NCBI GenBank assembly: GCA_963741095.1 | Contig: CAVUGN010000002.1 | Span: 1-64,000, forward strand | DNA length: 64,000 nt | Source: an uncultured Candidatus Micrarchaeota archaeon | GTDB taxonomy: Archaea > Micrarchaeota > Micrarchaeia > Micrarchaeales > Micrarchaeaceae | Direction: 5' to 3' | Shown: positions 47,366 to 57,316 of the stretch, piece after piece | How positions within the stretch are numbered: position 1 is the stretch's first letter | Layout: each line of letters opens with the position of its first letter | Position numbers and translations under genes: made by a program | Notes under the pieces: generated by a model | Seen by the model: only the letters and a program-made list of their open reading frames with translations | Database searches by the model: none | Told to the model about the DNA's origin: nothing

Positions 47366-47989
47366 TTAGCTGTTGCGTATCGATTTCGGCATCTCTATGG
47401 GCTTTATTATCCTGTCCTGGAAAACTGTTCCCGGCGGCACCAGCCTGACCTTTACGCCTATCGCGCCATACTTCGGGTAAGCGACGGCGGTGGCCTCCCT
47501 GACCAGCCTCGATATGTCACCGGCCTTGGGTATGTAGCCTATGCTCTTCCTTATCGACTTCGCCCTTGCACCTTTCGCCGCGAGCTTGCCGCTTGCAACT
47601 ATTTCAGCACCAAGCGCGCCGTTCTGTATTATCTCCCTGAGCGTCGACTGTATGACCTTCCTCGCGTTTATTCCGCGCTCCAGCCTCTCCGTTATGCCCT
47701 TTGCGACCAGAAGCGGCTCGAGCATTCGGTTCTGAACCTCCATGACGTTGATCTGCGGGTTGTCTATGCCGAATCTCTTCCGGATCGTGTCAGTAACAGT
47801 ATCAATGGTCTTTCCCGCCCTGCCGATGACCCTGCCCGGATTCAGAACAAATACGGTTATCCTTGTAAGCATCGGCGTCTTCTGTATCTCCACCCTTGAG
47901 AAGCCCGCACGCGAAAGCTCCTTGCTGAGGTACCTGGATATGTTCATCTTGATTATTGCGTCGTTTATGAATTTTTTCTCAGTGGCCAA
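47366..47989 (-). CDS. rps3: 30S ribosomal protein S3
   Basis: PGRVIGRAGK KH domain; GALGAEIVASGKL. Confidence 0.95.
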   Translation of the reverse strand: MATEKKFINDAIIKMNISRYLSKELSRAGFSRVEIQKTPMLTRITVFVLNPGRVIGRAGKTIDTVTDTIRKRFGIDNPQINVMEVQNRMLEPLLVAKGITERLERGINARKVIQSTLREIIQNGALGAEIVASGKLAAKGARAKSIRKSIGYIPKAGDISRLVREATAVAYPKYGAIGVKVRLVPPGTVFQDRIIKPIEMPKSIRNS

Positions 47990-47997
47990 TCCAACAC

Positions 47998-48690
47998 CTA
48001 ATTCTTTGCCGCCTCTGCCTTCGCGGTCTCCGTCTTCTTCTCCGCCTGCTTCTCTGCTACCGGCTTCTCAGCCTTCTTTTCCGTTTTGACTGCGGGTTTC
48101 GCCGCTGCTTTCGGAGCCTGCTTTACCGTCGGCTTCTTCGCGTTGTTCTTGCTCTCGATCATGCTGAAGAGCTTGACTATCTTGGTCGATTCCTTGCCCA
48201 GCTTGCCCTCGTACTTGCTGCTCAGGCCGATCTCGACCTTCGAGAACTCGAGATTGCTCTTTCGCATTGAAGTGTAACCGTATCCACCGACTGTGACTGC
48301 CCTCGCTCCCTTCGGCGGCGACCTCGGCGCCGTTAGCGTCTTGTTTGCGCAGGCGTGCACGACATGCATGAGCTCAGGTTCGTAGCCCTTGTTCTTCGCG
48401 TTGGCGTACGCGTTGGCGAGGACCTTCCTTACTATCGCGGCGCACTTCTTCGGGTACCTTCCGGTCTTCCCGCCAAGCTCGTGCCTCGAACCCATGTACC
48501 TGTTCCACCTGTTGTACTTTATCGGCTTTTCGCCGCTTGCGGTCTCGTCCAATATTTTCATCGCTGCCGGGACGCTCCGGTACCTTATGGCGTCGCACAC
48601 GGCGCAGAGATCCTTGAAGCTGGCGTTCAGGTCGTTCGCTGTCGCGAAGACGACGTCAGTTCTGTCGAGATTGAATGAGTATGCCATCAT
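47998..48690 (-). CDS. rpl22: 50S ribosomal protein L22 with K/A/E-rich C-terminal tail
   Basis: ASFKDL..VCDAIR, GRYPKK, NAYANA; start overlaps the rps19 stop (ATGA). Confidence 0.93.
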   Translation of the reverse strand: MMAYSFNLDRTDVVFATANDLNASFKDLCAVCDAIRYRSVPAAMKILDETASGEKPIKYNRWNRYMGSRHELGGKTGRYPKKCAAIVRKVLANAYANAKNKGYEPELMHVVHACANKTLTAPRSPPKGARAVTVGGYGYTSMRKSNLEFSKVEIGLSSKYEGKLGKESTKIVKLFSMIESKNNAKKPTVKQAPKAAAKPAVKTEKKAEKPVAEKQAEKKTETAKAEAAKN

Positions 48691-49082
48691 TTCACCGCAA
48701 GGAACTTGCTGCCTCTCGTGGCCCTTATACCCGGAGCAGAGTGCCTGACCGGCTTTGTGCTGTATGAATATTCTCCCAGCCTGTGGCCGAGCATGTTTGC
48801 GGTTATCAGCACCGGCATGAACTCCTTGCCGTTGTGCACCGCGAACTTCAGGCCGATCCACGACGGTATTATCATCGCTTCCCTGACCTGCGTCCTTATG
48901 GGCTTGTCTATGCCCTTCGTCTTGTACTTCTCGACCTTTGCAAGCAGCTTCTTGTAGTCAATGCCGTTCCTCTTCATGCTCCTCCTTTGCCTTGACTTGA
49001 CCATCTTGAGGTAATCGGCAGTGGTCACTGTGTTCAGCTCCGTTGCCGTCTTCCCCCTATAAGCTACTCTTTCGATTGCCAT
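48687..49082 (-). CDS. rps19: 30S ribosomal protein S19
   Basis: VHNGKEF..MLGHRLGEY..HSAPGIRATR. Confidence 0.95.
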   Translation of the reverse strand: MAIERVAYRGKTATELNTVTTADYLKMVKSRQRRSMKRNGIDYKKLLAKVEKYKTKGIDKPIRTQVREAMIIPSWIGLKFAVHNGKEFMPVLITANMLGHRLGEYSYSTKPVRHSAPGIRATRGSKFLAVK

Positions 49083-49086
49083 TTGA

Positions 49087-49797
49087 TTACCTCTTCTTCC
49101 TTCCTACGCGGCTTGCAGCGATGTGGCCGACCTTCCTTCCTGGAGGCGCGTTCCTCGAGATCATGCTGCTCCTTCCCTTGTGGTGGCCCTTTCCGCCGAA
49201 CGGATGGTCAACCGCATTTGTGTGGACGCCTCTTATCGTAGGCCATGTCCTATTGAGCGGGCGCATTATGTAATGGTTCTTTCCTGCCTTCATCAGCGGC
49301 GCTTCAGACATTCCGCCGCCTGCAATAACGCCCAGTTGGGCCCTGCATTCATTGTCCAGTACGACGTTTGACTTTGATGGCATGACTATTGTCGTGTTGG
49401 CTCCCAGGTGCGCCGACACATAGGCGACGCTGCCCGCGGCCCTCACGAACTTGCCCCCGTCTCCCGGAGTTGATTCGACGTTGAATATCGGCATTCCCTC
49501 AGGAACGTCCATTATCTTCACGACGTTGCCCAAGGAGAACTTCGCTTTGTCGCAGATCGTTATCTTGTCGCCTATTCTTATGCCTTCGGGCGCTAGCAGA
49601 TAACCCTTTGAGAAATTATCGTAAAGCACCTCTATGAGCGGCGCGGTGTGGCCGGTGTGGTTTATTATCCCGACGACCTCGCAGGTCGTACCGGCGGCCC
49701 TGCCGGAATAGTTGATGCTGAGGTCGAAGGTGTTGGGTTTCTTCGTGTAGACGTTCGAACCCTTTCCTCTCCTCTGTTGTCTTAGCTTCTTTCCCAT
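49087..49797 (-). CDS. rpl2: 50S ribosomal protein L2
   Basis: QRRGKGS, PGDGGKFVRAAG, NAVDHPFGG, PPGRKVGHIAA. Confidence 0.96.
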   Translation of the reverse strand: MGKKLRQQRRGKGSNVYTKKPNTFDLSINYSGRAAGTTCEVVGIINHTGHTAPLIEVLYDNFSKGYLLAPEGIRIGDKITICDKAKFSLGNVVKIMDVPEGMPIFNVESTPGDGGKFVRAAGSVAYVSAHLGANTTIVMPSKSNVVLDNECRAQLGVIAGGGMSEAPLMKAGKNHYIMRPLNRTWPTIRGVHTNAVDHPFGGKGHHKGRSSMISRNAPPGRKVGHIAASRVGRKKR

Positions 49798-49799
49798 TT

Positions 49800-50057
49800 T
49801 TACACCAACTTCAGCTTTATCGCCACGTCGCTTGCCTTGTACCCCTTCGCCAACTTTATGTACGCCTTCTTGTAGTTCGTCGGCATGTTCGAGGTGCGCA
49901 CGCCTGCGACCTTCACGCTGAACAGCTTCTCGAACTCCGCGGCTATCTGGGTCTTGGTTGCCCTGTAGTCGACGACGTAGGTTATGACGTTGCTTTTGTC
50001 AATCACACTGACCGATTTTTCGGTTGCCAGCGGGTATTTTAACGTCGTCATGATCAT
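49800..50057 (-). CDS. rpl23: 50S ribosomal protein L23
   Basis: YPLATEKS..ATKTQI..KKAYIKL. Confidence 0.94.
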   Translation of the reverse strand: MIMTTLKYPLATEKSVSVIDKSNVITYVVDYRATKTQIAAEFEKLFSVKVAGVRTSNMPTNYKKAYIKLAKGYKASDVAIKLKLV

Positions 50058-50845
50058 TGCACCTTGATGTTCTCTATCGCCCTGTTGAGGTTGTTGACCG
50101 CGCTCTCGCTCCATACAGTCATTCTTCCTGGAATGCCGCCCGGAGCGAGCAGGTTGACTGTCAGTTTTGAGACCTCGCAGACATCGACTCCGTGTATGTT
50201 CCTTGCCGCCTTCATAACGCTCGCCTCCTTTCCTACGACAAGAAGCAGTTTCCTTGAATAGATCCTCATCCTTGTTGATCTTCGCACCCCCTTTCTGATG
50301 TGCGGCTTCCTGTTCTCGTCCATGTAGTCCGACAGGCTGATGCTCTTCAGCACGGCCATCACCTCCTTGGACTTCTTGAGCGACTCTATCTCGTCAGAGA
50401 CGACTATCGGCAGGTGGATGTTTGATTGTGACATCTTTGTGCTCTTTATTGCAGTTGCGGAAACCGCGCTTGCAATCGCCAGCTGGTATTCCTTGTTGTT
50501 TATCTTCTCCGTCAGTATCTTTTCGACGATGTGTGGGTGCGCCCTCCTTCCCTTTGTTGAAGATGGAATTCTCTTGACCTTGCCCTGCACCCCGCCTCCC
50601 AGCTTCTCTCTTGGCCTTATCGCAATTCCCATGTGCCTGCCCGTTCTGTAGGATCCCATGGCGCCGAAGTAGGCGGCGCTGGTCTGCATACCCGCCAGCC
50701 TCATGTGGCCCTGGGGCTGCAGTTTGTAGGAATTTTCGGCGAGCACAGCCCTCTGTATGAGCTCCGGCCGCACTCCTTTGGAGAATGCGCTCGGCAGCTC
50801 TATCGAGTGCTTGATCTTGCCTTCGAGCGTTAGAACGTTTGCCAT
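50054..50845 (-). CDS. rpl4: 50S ribosomal protein L4
   Basis: RPELIQRAV, AGMQTSA, GRRAHP, LLAPGGIPGR. Confidence 0.95.
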   Translation of the reverse strand: MANVLTLEGKIKHSIELPSAFSKGVRPELIQRAVLAENSYKLQPQGHMRLAGMQTSAAYFGAMGSYRTGRHMGIAIRPREKLGGGVQGKVKRIPSSTKGRRAHPHIVEKILTEKINNKEYQLAIASAVSATAIKSTKMSQSNIHLPIVVSDEIESLKKSKEVMAVLKSISLSDYMDENRKPHIRKGVRRSTRMRIYSRKLLLVVGKEASVMKAARNIHGVDVCEVSKLTVNLLAPGGIPGRMTVWSESAVNNLNRAIENIKVQ

Positions 50846-50849
50846 TGAT

Positions 50850-51812
50850 TCACTTCGCTATGTAGCTTACCTTCGATTCCTTGATGCCCCTTGCGTTCCT
50901 GTTCCTTATCGATTTCCTTATGCGCACCAGCCTCTTCGCCGGACCCGGCACAGAGCCGTTGAGCATCACGTAGTCGTTCCTTATCTTCCCGTAGTTCTGG
51001 AATCCTTCCGGAGGGGTTATTGTCGCGTCCCCCCTTGAACCTATTTTAAGTATTCTTTTGTTGTGCTCTGTTCGGTAGTTGAATCCGAGCTGTCCTGCTT
51101 GAGGTATTGTGTACAGAACCTTCGGCACTCCGAACGGACCCAGTGATCCGACGTGCCTCGTCTTTCCGGTTGCCTTGTGGTATTGCACGGCAATGCCGAA
51201 CCTCTTGACCGGGCCCTGCCATCCCTTTCCTTTGGATATGGATGTAACATCGACAAATTCGCCGCTCTTGAAAACATCAGCCGCCTTGAGCTCCTTTCCG
51301 AGCATTCCTGCGACGAAATCGAACTTCTCTTCGATGGTCTTGCCGCCGACGTGCGATTCGAACCTCGAGGTGTGGTGCTGCTCTGCGCCCATTCCCTTCG
51401 GGAACGCGGCCACAAGGGCGACCACATCGGTGAACTCGGCAATCTTTGATTTTATGAGCGCCACTTTTGTCTCGTCGTTCTTCACGACCTTCATGTGGAG
51501 CTTCTTCGCCGAGGCGCTGTTTATGACCTCGAGCGTCGACACTTGATAATGGGTGTTGGGATCCTTTGAGTACAGGCGCATGCCGTAGACCTCCATGGTT
51601 GGGATTTCCAGGAGCGTGCAGGGCCTGCTCACCTCTGCGCCCTTCGATGCGGCGCCGGTGTCGTCGGTGACCATCGCGTGGGTCATCCCGACCTTGAATG
51701 CGATTATGCTTGAGAGCGTGGGCTCCTTGATGTAGGACGGCGAAGTGCGCAGCCTGGGAAGCCGTGTCTGGGCGCGTCTGTGATGCCAATATTGCATTGA
51801 GCCTTTGTGCAT
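50850..51812 (-). CDS. rpl3: 50S ribosomal protein L3
   Basis: FKVGMTH, KGKGWQGPVKRFG, AGQLGFNYRTEHNKRI, GSVPGPAKR. Confidence 0.96.
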   Translation of the reverse strand: MHKGSMQYWHHRRAQTRLPRLRTSPSYIKEPTLSSIIAFKVGMTHAMVTDDTGAASKGAEVSRPCTLLEIPTMEVYGMRLYSKDPNTHYQVSTLEVINSASAKKLHMKVVKNDETKVALIKSKIAEFTDVVALVAAFPKGMGAEQHHTSRFESHVGGKTIEEKFDFVAGMLGKELKAADVFKSGEFVDVTSISKGKGWQGPVKRFGIAVQYHKATGKTRHVGSLGPFGVPKVLYTIPQAGQLGFNYRTEHNKRILKIGSRGDATITPPEGFQNYGKIRNDYVMLNGSVPGPAKRLVRIRKSIRNRNARGIKESKVSYIAK

Positions 51813-51944
51813 GATGTACACTGTGGTCGATTGTGCTAAGTCGGAGAGCACAAAAAGCAGAAAGAATCTGCCTGTCCTTTTATGTTGTTTTACTCTATGT
51901 TTTTATATACCTTTACCTTTTGCGGAAGTGGCGACCTTCCCTGC

Positions 51945-52235
51945 TTATCTGCCATGTTTTCCTCTGCTGCTGTTCTTCAGCTTCAGGTTGTCTATTGAAT
52001 CCAGCACGCGGATCTCGCGCATCATGGAATTTATTGAGGCGTGCAGCGCGGCGAGGTCATCCGCCCTTATCGTGATTTTCAGGCCGGTGCGCGTTTCTGT
52101 TATTGCGGTGCTGCTCCTTACCGTTGTCTTTTCGCTCTGCGATGAAAGCAGCTTCCTGTAATCGATCCCGGATTTTTTGGAGAGGGTTATCTCGGCGCGG
52201 CCTTCGTGCTTTGTCGAGGCGATTTTTGACATCAT
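51945..52235 (-). CDS. pcc1: KEOPS complex subunit Pcc1
   Basis: ITIRADDLAALHASINSMMR. Confidence 0.82.
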   Translation of the reverse strand: MMSKIASTKHEGRAEITLSKKSGIDYRKLLSSQSEKTTVRSSTAITETRTGLKITIRADDLAALHASINSMMREIRVLDSIDNLKLKNSSRGKHGR

Positions 52236-52810
52236 ATCCTTCTTCGGCCCCTTATGTTCTCTCTGACGCTCGGCCTTGCCTTGACGGTGCCGAAGCTCTT
52301 TATCGCTATTCCCCTGTGCTTCTTGCCCACGGACGTGAGCCCGCGGAACGCACGTGCGCGCTGGGCTATGATGTTGTGGTACATCTTGTCCGATTTTATG
52401 GCCGGCACTGCGCGGTCAAGCATTATGACCTCGTAGAACTTCCTTGAGCCGGCGGATCCGACGAAGTATGAGTTGAGGACCTCGCAGTTGATGAACTTCC
52501 TTGCCGCCCTTTCCTCTGCTATGGCCTGCACGGACTTTGCCCTGGCGAAGAACCTTCCGCTCTTTGACGGCTTCCTCCCTCCCCAGTTTCTTTCCCTCTT
52601 CTTCTTTCCGCCCTTCACCTGCACCCTTATGATTATGACTCCCTCCTTCGCCTTGTAGCCGAGCTCCCTGGCCCTCGCTATGTTTGTCGGCCCGTCGACC
52701 TTCGACACTGGCGGCTGCGTGGTCCATTCCACCAGCCTCTGCTTGTAGGCGTCCGGCCGTATCTTGTATTCGTTGACGAAGCTGCTCTTCATTGATTTGT
52801 ACATGCTCAT
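52232..52810 (-). CDS. rpl15e: 50S ribosomal protein L15e
   Basis: ARELGYKAKEG, IAEERAARK..EVLNSY, RAFRGLTS. Confidence 0.95.
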   Translation of the reverse strand: MSMYKSMKSSFVNEYKIRPDAYKQRLVEWTTQPPVSKVDGPTNIARARELGYKAKEGVIIIRVQVKGGKKKRERNWGGRKPSKSGRFFARAKSVQAIAEERAARKFINCEVLNSYFVGSAGSRKFYEVIMLDRAVPAIKSDKMYHNIIAQRARAFRGLTSVGKKHRGIAIKSFGTVKARPSVRENIRGRRRI

Positions 52811-52942
52811 ATCATCACGACTGACAATAAGAAGTGATATATTTATGGGGGCAACATTTATAATTGTAGTTAGTATAATGGTCTTGCTGGTAGGGCAGGA
52901 TCGTCGTTTTGGAAGCAGGCGCCTTGCTGGCGATGTGAGAAA

Positions 52943-53644
52943 ATGAAAACCGCTGTTATAATAGCTGGTGGCAAGAGTCTGCGGCTGCTGCCGCTAACTT
53001 CCGACAAGCCGAAGACCCTGGTAGAGGTGATGCGCAAGCCGATCCTCTATTGGATAATGAAGTGGTTGAAGAAGTACGGCGTCGAGCACGTGGTCATGGC
53101 GGTCGCTTACAAGAGGGAGGAGATAGTCAAGTACATGGATAGCAACGGCAACTTCGGCCTGAAGGTCGATTTCAGCGAGGACCCGGGCATTGGGACCTCC
53201 GAGGCGTTCAAGCTTGCGATTCAGAAGTACGTGACCGACGAGGATTTCATAGCCATGAACTCCGACGAGCTCACGAACATGGACCTTTCGAAGATGGTGG
53301 ACAAGCACCTGAAGCACAAACCGCTCGTGACGATGGCGCTCGCGCCGCTGTACTGCAGGGTCAGCGTCGTGAAGGTCGACGGCGGGGACAGGATAGTCGG
53401 ATTCGAGTACGGCAAGAAGTTGCCCTCGGTGCCGGTCAGCATAGGCATCTATGTGTTCAACAGGAAGATCCTGGACCACATATCCGGGACCGGCTCGTTC
53501 GAGCAGACGGTGTTCCACAAGCTCGCGCACGACGGCGGGCTGCTGGCGCACATGCTCACCGACGAGGAGGAGTGGTTCACCATCAACACCGTCAAGGACG
53601 TTGAGGAAGCGGGTGCCGAACTGAAGAAATGGGGCCTCAACTAG
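52943..53644 (+). CDS. Sugar-phosphate nucleotidyltransferase family protein
   Basis: AVIIAGGKSLRLLPLTSDKPK, MNSD, GIYVF. Confidence 0.9.
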   Translation: MKTAVIIAGGKSLRLLPLTSDKPKTLVEVMRKPILYWIMKWLKKYGVEHVVMAVAYKREEIVKYMDSNGNFGLKVDFSEDPGIGTSEAFKLAIQKYVTDEDFIAMNSDELTNMDLSKMVDKHLKHKPLVTMALAPLYCRVSVVKVDGGDRIVGFEYGKKLPSVPVSIGIYVFNRKILDHISGTGSFEQTVFHKLAHDGGLLAHMLTDEEEWFTINTVKDVEEAGAELKKWGLN

Positions 53645-53781
53645 GGGCCCATCGGCTTTTTCTCGGCTTATTCTGCAGAAAGGGGGCGTTTTGACGAAGG
53701 CCATAGCAAGGTATAAATATTTGCGAAGCCATAATTATACATAGACGGAGATTCCTGAAGGTATCACGACAAGGCACTTCT

Positions 53782-54495
53782 ATGTCAAAGAGAAAAATAG
53801 CTAAACGCATCGCTGCACGCAAGAGCGCGAGCAAGAAGGTGAAGGCGGTGAGGGGCAAAACGCCGAAGAAAGCGGTGCATCGCATCGAAACGCCGCACAG
53901 GGCGATCAAGGCGGTAGCCAAGGCTGTGGAGGTCGTAAAGCCGGAGAAGAGGAAGGGAAAGGTCAACATCAACATACCCGCTCAGGCCGACGCCAAGAAG
54001 GCGATAGACGACCTTCTGATCAACGAGAAGGCGGTCGACTACCTCAAGAGGAATGTCAGCAAGAGGGCTGTTGAGGTCATAAACATACTTGATGCGCCGG
54101 AGACCGACGAGGGCATTGCCGAGACCCTGGGCATGAAGATCAACGCCATAAGGAGGATACTCAACATAATGCATGGCTACGGCATAACGAACTATTACGT
54201 TTCGAAGAACGTGAACGGCTGGCTCTCGTTCTCGTGGTACATAAACGCCAACAAGGTGCCCGCCTTCCTGGATTACATAGGCAGCATGGACAGCGGGAAG
54301 GTGGTCGCCGACGAGAACTGCAACGACTATTTCGTCTGCAAGGACTGCTACACGAACGACAAGTTCATCTACACTTTCGATGCAGCCTTCGAAGCTGGCT
54401 TCAAGTGCAACTGCGGCAACAACCTTGACCGGGTCGATAAGGAAAGGGTCGAGGAGCTTCTGGCCGAGAAAAACGAGAGCGTGGAGAGCCGTTGA
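53782..54495 (+). CDS. tfe: Transcription factor E (TFE/TFIIE alpha) with basic N-terminal extension
   Basis: TDEGIAETLGMKINAIRRIL..GW..FSW winged helix; YFVC..C..FDAAFEAGFKC.CG Zn ribbon. Confidence 0.88.
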   Translation: MSKRKIAKRIAARKSASKKVKAVRGKTPKKAVHRIETPHRAIKAVAKAVEVVKPEKRKGKVNINIPAQADAKKAIDDLLINEKAVDYLKRNVSKRAVEVINILDAPETDEGIAETLGMKINAIRRILNIMHGYGITNYYVSKNVNGWLSFSWYINANKVPAFLDYIGSMDSGKVVADENCNDYFVCKDCYTNDKFIYTFDAAFEAGFKCNCGNNLDRVDKERVEELLAEKNESVESR

Positions 54496-54583
54496 TCGTT
54501 TGCGGCCTTGTTCTGCTTGGACAAGAGGATTAAGCACAAATACCTTTCTAGTGTAATATATCGTGTTCTTTCTGCAGTTTCGG

Positions 54584-54658
54584 AGCGAGGTAGGGTAGCC
54601 TGGAGTGCCCGCCGGGCTCATAACCCGGAGATCGACGGTTCAAATCCGTTCCTCGCTA
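54584..54658 (+). tRNA. Initiator tRNA-Met(CAU)
   Basis: A1-U72 pair, three consecutive G-C pairs in the anticodon stem, CT-CAT-AA loop. Confidence 0.93.
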
Positions 54659-54802
54659 TTATGCTTACATACCACAGTGCACTTCCGCTATTCAAAAAAA
54701 GAAACAAAAAACGCCTGTGTGTTAGTTATTTGTTGTCTTTTTTATATGTTATATATATAAGAAGCGAGACGAATAGTGGAACTGTGGGGTGGCGGTGCTC
54801 TT

Positions 54803-55297
54803 ATGACAACGACAATAACGTATGATTATCTCTGGGAGACCTTCCAGAAGGAGAAGGCGACAAACCAGCTTCTTCCCATATCAAGAACTTTCTACACTGA
54901 CGCTTTGTTCTACATAAACGGATTGTCCGGGAAAGGGGAATCGGAATCGGCCACGAAGGCCAACTCGATCAGCATACTCAACAACCTCTTCGAAAAGCGC
55001 AGGCAGAAGATACTAATCTACATAGCCTATGGCAAGCCGCTCCCGCAGCCGATCAGCAACATGGAGCAGGAGCTGTGCAACAAGGTGCTTGACATACTAA
55101 AAGTTAATAAACTGGACGGCACTAATATTAAATCAACAGACAAGGTATCGCTAAGGTCACTGAAGGACATGCAAGAGGTCATACTGCCTTCCGGCAACAA
55201 AGCTGGCCCCTTCAAGAAAGACCAGGTAATGGAGCTCAGCAACCAAGAAAGCGACATAGCTTTTCTGCTCGGCAACGAAATATGCGAACGTCTGTAA
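54803..55297 (+). CDS. GINS complex subunit (Gins51/15-like)
   Basis: EK..NQL..I..FY, LFEKRRQKI, GPFKKDQV..IAFLL; position upstream of rpl44e. Confidence 0.78.
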   Translation: MTTTITYDYLWETFQKEKATNQLLPISRTFYTDALFYINGLSGKGESESATKANSISILNNLFEKRRQKILIYIAYGKPLPQPISNMEQELCNKVLDILKVNKLDGTNIKSTDKVSLRSLKDMQEVILPSGNKAGPFKKDQVMELSNQESDIAFLLGNEICERL

Positions 55298-55306
55298 CGT
55301 GTTTGA

Positions 55307-55591
55307 ATGGAGATAGCGAAAGAGATAACGACATACTGCCCGAAGTGCAACAAGCACACGGTGCACACTGTGAAAATGCCCTCGAAGGGGCCGCAAAGAA
55401 GCATGAGCAAGGCAACGCGAAGGCACAACAGGGCCATCAAGGGTTACGTCGGTAGCGTAGAGCCGCAGATACACACCAAGAAGCTTGGCAAGCGCCAGGT
55501 CGTTCTTCTGACCTGCAAGGAGTGCAAGTTCGTCGTTAACAGGACGTTCGGCCACAGGTCAAGGAAGAAGATTGAGATAGTGCAGGGTTGA
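55307..55591 (+). CDS. rpl44e: 50S ribosomal protein L44e
   Basis: TYCPKCNKHTVHTV...LTCKEC. Confidence 0.93.
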   Translation: MEIAKEITTYCPKCNKHTVHTVKMPSKGPQRSMSKATRRHNRAIKGYVGSVEPQIHTKKLGKRQVVLLTCKECKFVVNRTFGHRSRKKIEIVQG

Positions 55592-55593
55592 TT

Positions 55594-56385
55594 ATGATAA
55601 AGACGATGCCCCGTGTCGGCGAATTGGTAATCGCGAACATCAGCAAGGTGATGCGGTTCGGGGCGTACTGCCGTCTTCCTGAATACAACAACCTCGAGGT
55701 CTTCCTGCCGATAAGGGAGGTCTCATCAGGCTGGATAAAGAACATCCGCGAATTCATACACGAAGGCCAGACAGTCGTCTGCGAAGTCTCGTTCTACGAC
55801 AAGGAAAAGAACACCGTCGACATATCGCTAAAGAGGGTCACTCCGAAGAAGGCGAAGGAGAGGATAAGATCGTACAACCTCGAGAAGAGGCTGGCTGCAC
55901 TCTTCCTGCAGGCCGCGAAGAAGGCGGGCGAGCAGGCCAACAAGGACGCACTCATACAGACCGCTCTCGCGGAATTCACCACATACACCAATCTGGTGGA
56001 AAATGCGAAGAACAACACCGAAGAGATAAAGAAATCGCTGTTGCCGAAGAAGCTGAAGTCCGCGATAGTCGAGGTCCTCGAGGCGAACATCCGCGAGAAG
56101 AAGTTCATCGTCTCATACATCATATCCTTGTCGACGTACAACACCCTCTCGGGGGCGACGGAGCTCAAGAGCATACTCACGGGGATGAAGGACATCGGCA
56201 TAGACGTGAAGTATATCAGCGCGCCGAAGTACCGCCTGACTGCCGAGGGCACCGACTACGTCGATGCGGAGAAGAAGATATCACAGGCGGAAGCGATCGT
56301 CAAGGAGAAACTGAAGAAAGGCGTCTTCAGCATCGAGAAGGAAAAACTGAAGCAGGCCAAAGAGAACATAATGGAGAATCTATAG
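55594..56385 (+). CDS. eif2a: Translation initiation factor 2 alpha subunit
   Basis: S1 domain GELVIA..EVSSGWIKNIR..DISLKRV; YISAPKYRL. Confidence 0.93.
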   Translation: MIKTMPRVGELVIANISKVMRFGAYCRLPEYNNLEVFLPIREVSSGWIKNIREFIHEGQTVVCEVSFYDKEKNTVDISLKRVTPKKAKERIRSYNLEKRLAALFLQAAKKAGEQANKDALIQTALAEFTTYTNLVENAKNNTEEIKKSLLPKKLKSAIVEVLEANIREKKFIVSYIISLSTYNTLSGATELKSILTGMKDIGIDVKYISAPKYRLTAEGTDYVDAEKKISQAEAIVKEKLKKGVFSIEKEKLKQAKENIMENL

Positions 56386-56395
56386 GGCGATCTTC

Positions 56396-57190
56396 ATGGA
56401 CACGATAATAAAGCGCAACAAGACCATAATACCGAAGAACCCGATACTTGTCGTCGGCCTTCCTGGCATAGGCAACGTCGGCAAGCTGGTCGCAGAGCAC
56501 CTGAAGAGGGAGTTCAAGGCGGTCAGGTTCGCCACGCTCTACTCGGAACACTTTCCACATCAAGTAGTGATGCTCAAGAACGGCGGCATAAGGCTCGTCA
56601 GCAACCGGTTCTATCTGATAAAGTCGAAGAAGGCGAACGGCAACGACATAGTCTTACTGACGGGCGACGTCCAGGCGGTGAGCCCAGAAGGCCAGTACGC
56701 AGTCAACTCGAAGATAGTCGACTTCTTCAAGAATGATCTCAAGGGCAAATTCATATACACGATAGGCGGCTACAGCATCGGCGAGGCCAACGGCATCGTA
56801 AAAGCGCCAAGAGTCTTCGGCAATGTGACAAGAAAGGAGATAATGAAGCAATTCGAGGGCACCGGCGTGGTCTTCAAGGAGTCAAGGGGGCTCATCTGGG
56901 GCTCTGCAGGATTGATAATGGCATTCGCAAAGATGAACAAGATTGACGGGATTTGCTTAATGGGCGAGACGAGCTTCCTGGACATGGACGCCAGCGCGGC
57001 AAAGGCAGTGATACTAACCCTTTCTAAGAAGCTGCAGCTCGACGTCGACACCACGAACCTCGACAAGATAATAGCCAAGACCGCCAAGGCGATCAGAGAG
57101 ATCGAGAAGCAGCAAGGAATAGCCCAGCTCGGGCAGTTGCAGCCCACTCTCGATGAGAAGCCAGGCGAGCGGCCGTCATACATAAGATAG
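56396..57190 (+). CDS. PAC2 family proteasome assembly chaperone (COG2047)
   Basis: GLPGIGNVGKL, LTGDVQ, YTIGGY, GICLMGET, C-terminal SYIR. Confidence 0.9.
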   Translation: MDTIIKRNKTIIPKNPILVVGLPGIGNVGKLVAEHLKREFKAVRFATLYSEHFPHQVVMLKNGGIRLVSNRFYLIKSKKANGNDIVLLTGDVQAVSPEGQYAVNSKIVDFFKNDLKGKFIYTIGGYSIGEANGIVKAPRVFGNVTRKEIMKQFEGTGVVFKESRGLIWGSAGLIMAFAKMNKIDGICLMGETSFLDMDASAAKAVILTLSKKLQLDVDTTNLDKIIAKTAKAIREIEKQQGIAQLGQLQPTLDEKPGERPSYIR

Positions 57191-57224
57191 TCCTAAATTC
57201 TTATCAGCACAGATTATTCTCTGT

Positions 57225-57313
57225 GCGGGCGTAGTCTAGCCTGGTAGGACGCAATTTCGAACAAGCGCAGGCTTCCCAAGCTTGTGACCCGGGTTCAAAT
57301 CCCGGCGCCCGCA
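57225..57313 (+). tRNA. tRNA-Gly(CCC) with 16-nt non-canonical intron (best fit 29/30, 57255-57270)
   Basis: GCGGGCG/CGCCCGC acceptor stem; removing the intron gives CAAGC-TT-CCC-AA-GCTTG; relaxed BHB. Confidence 0.88.
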
Positions 57314-57316
57314 TAC

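Noticed and set aside
48691-48861. N-terminal extension of the L22 ORF (likewise L23 50058-50114 and L3 51813-51851)
   Set aside because: The L22 and L23 extensions overlap upstream ribosomal genes in another frame; in all three, homology begins at the downstream ATG.
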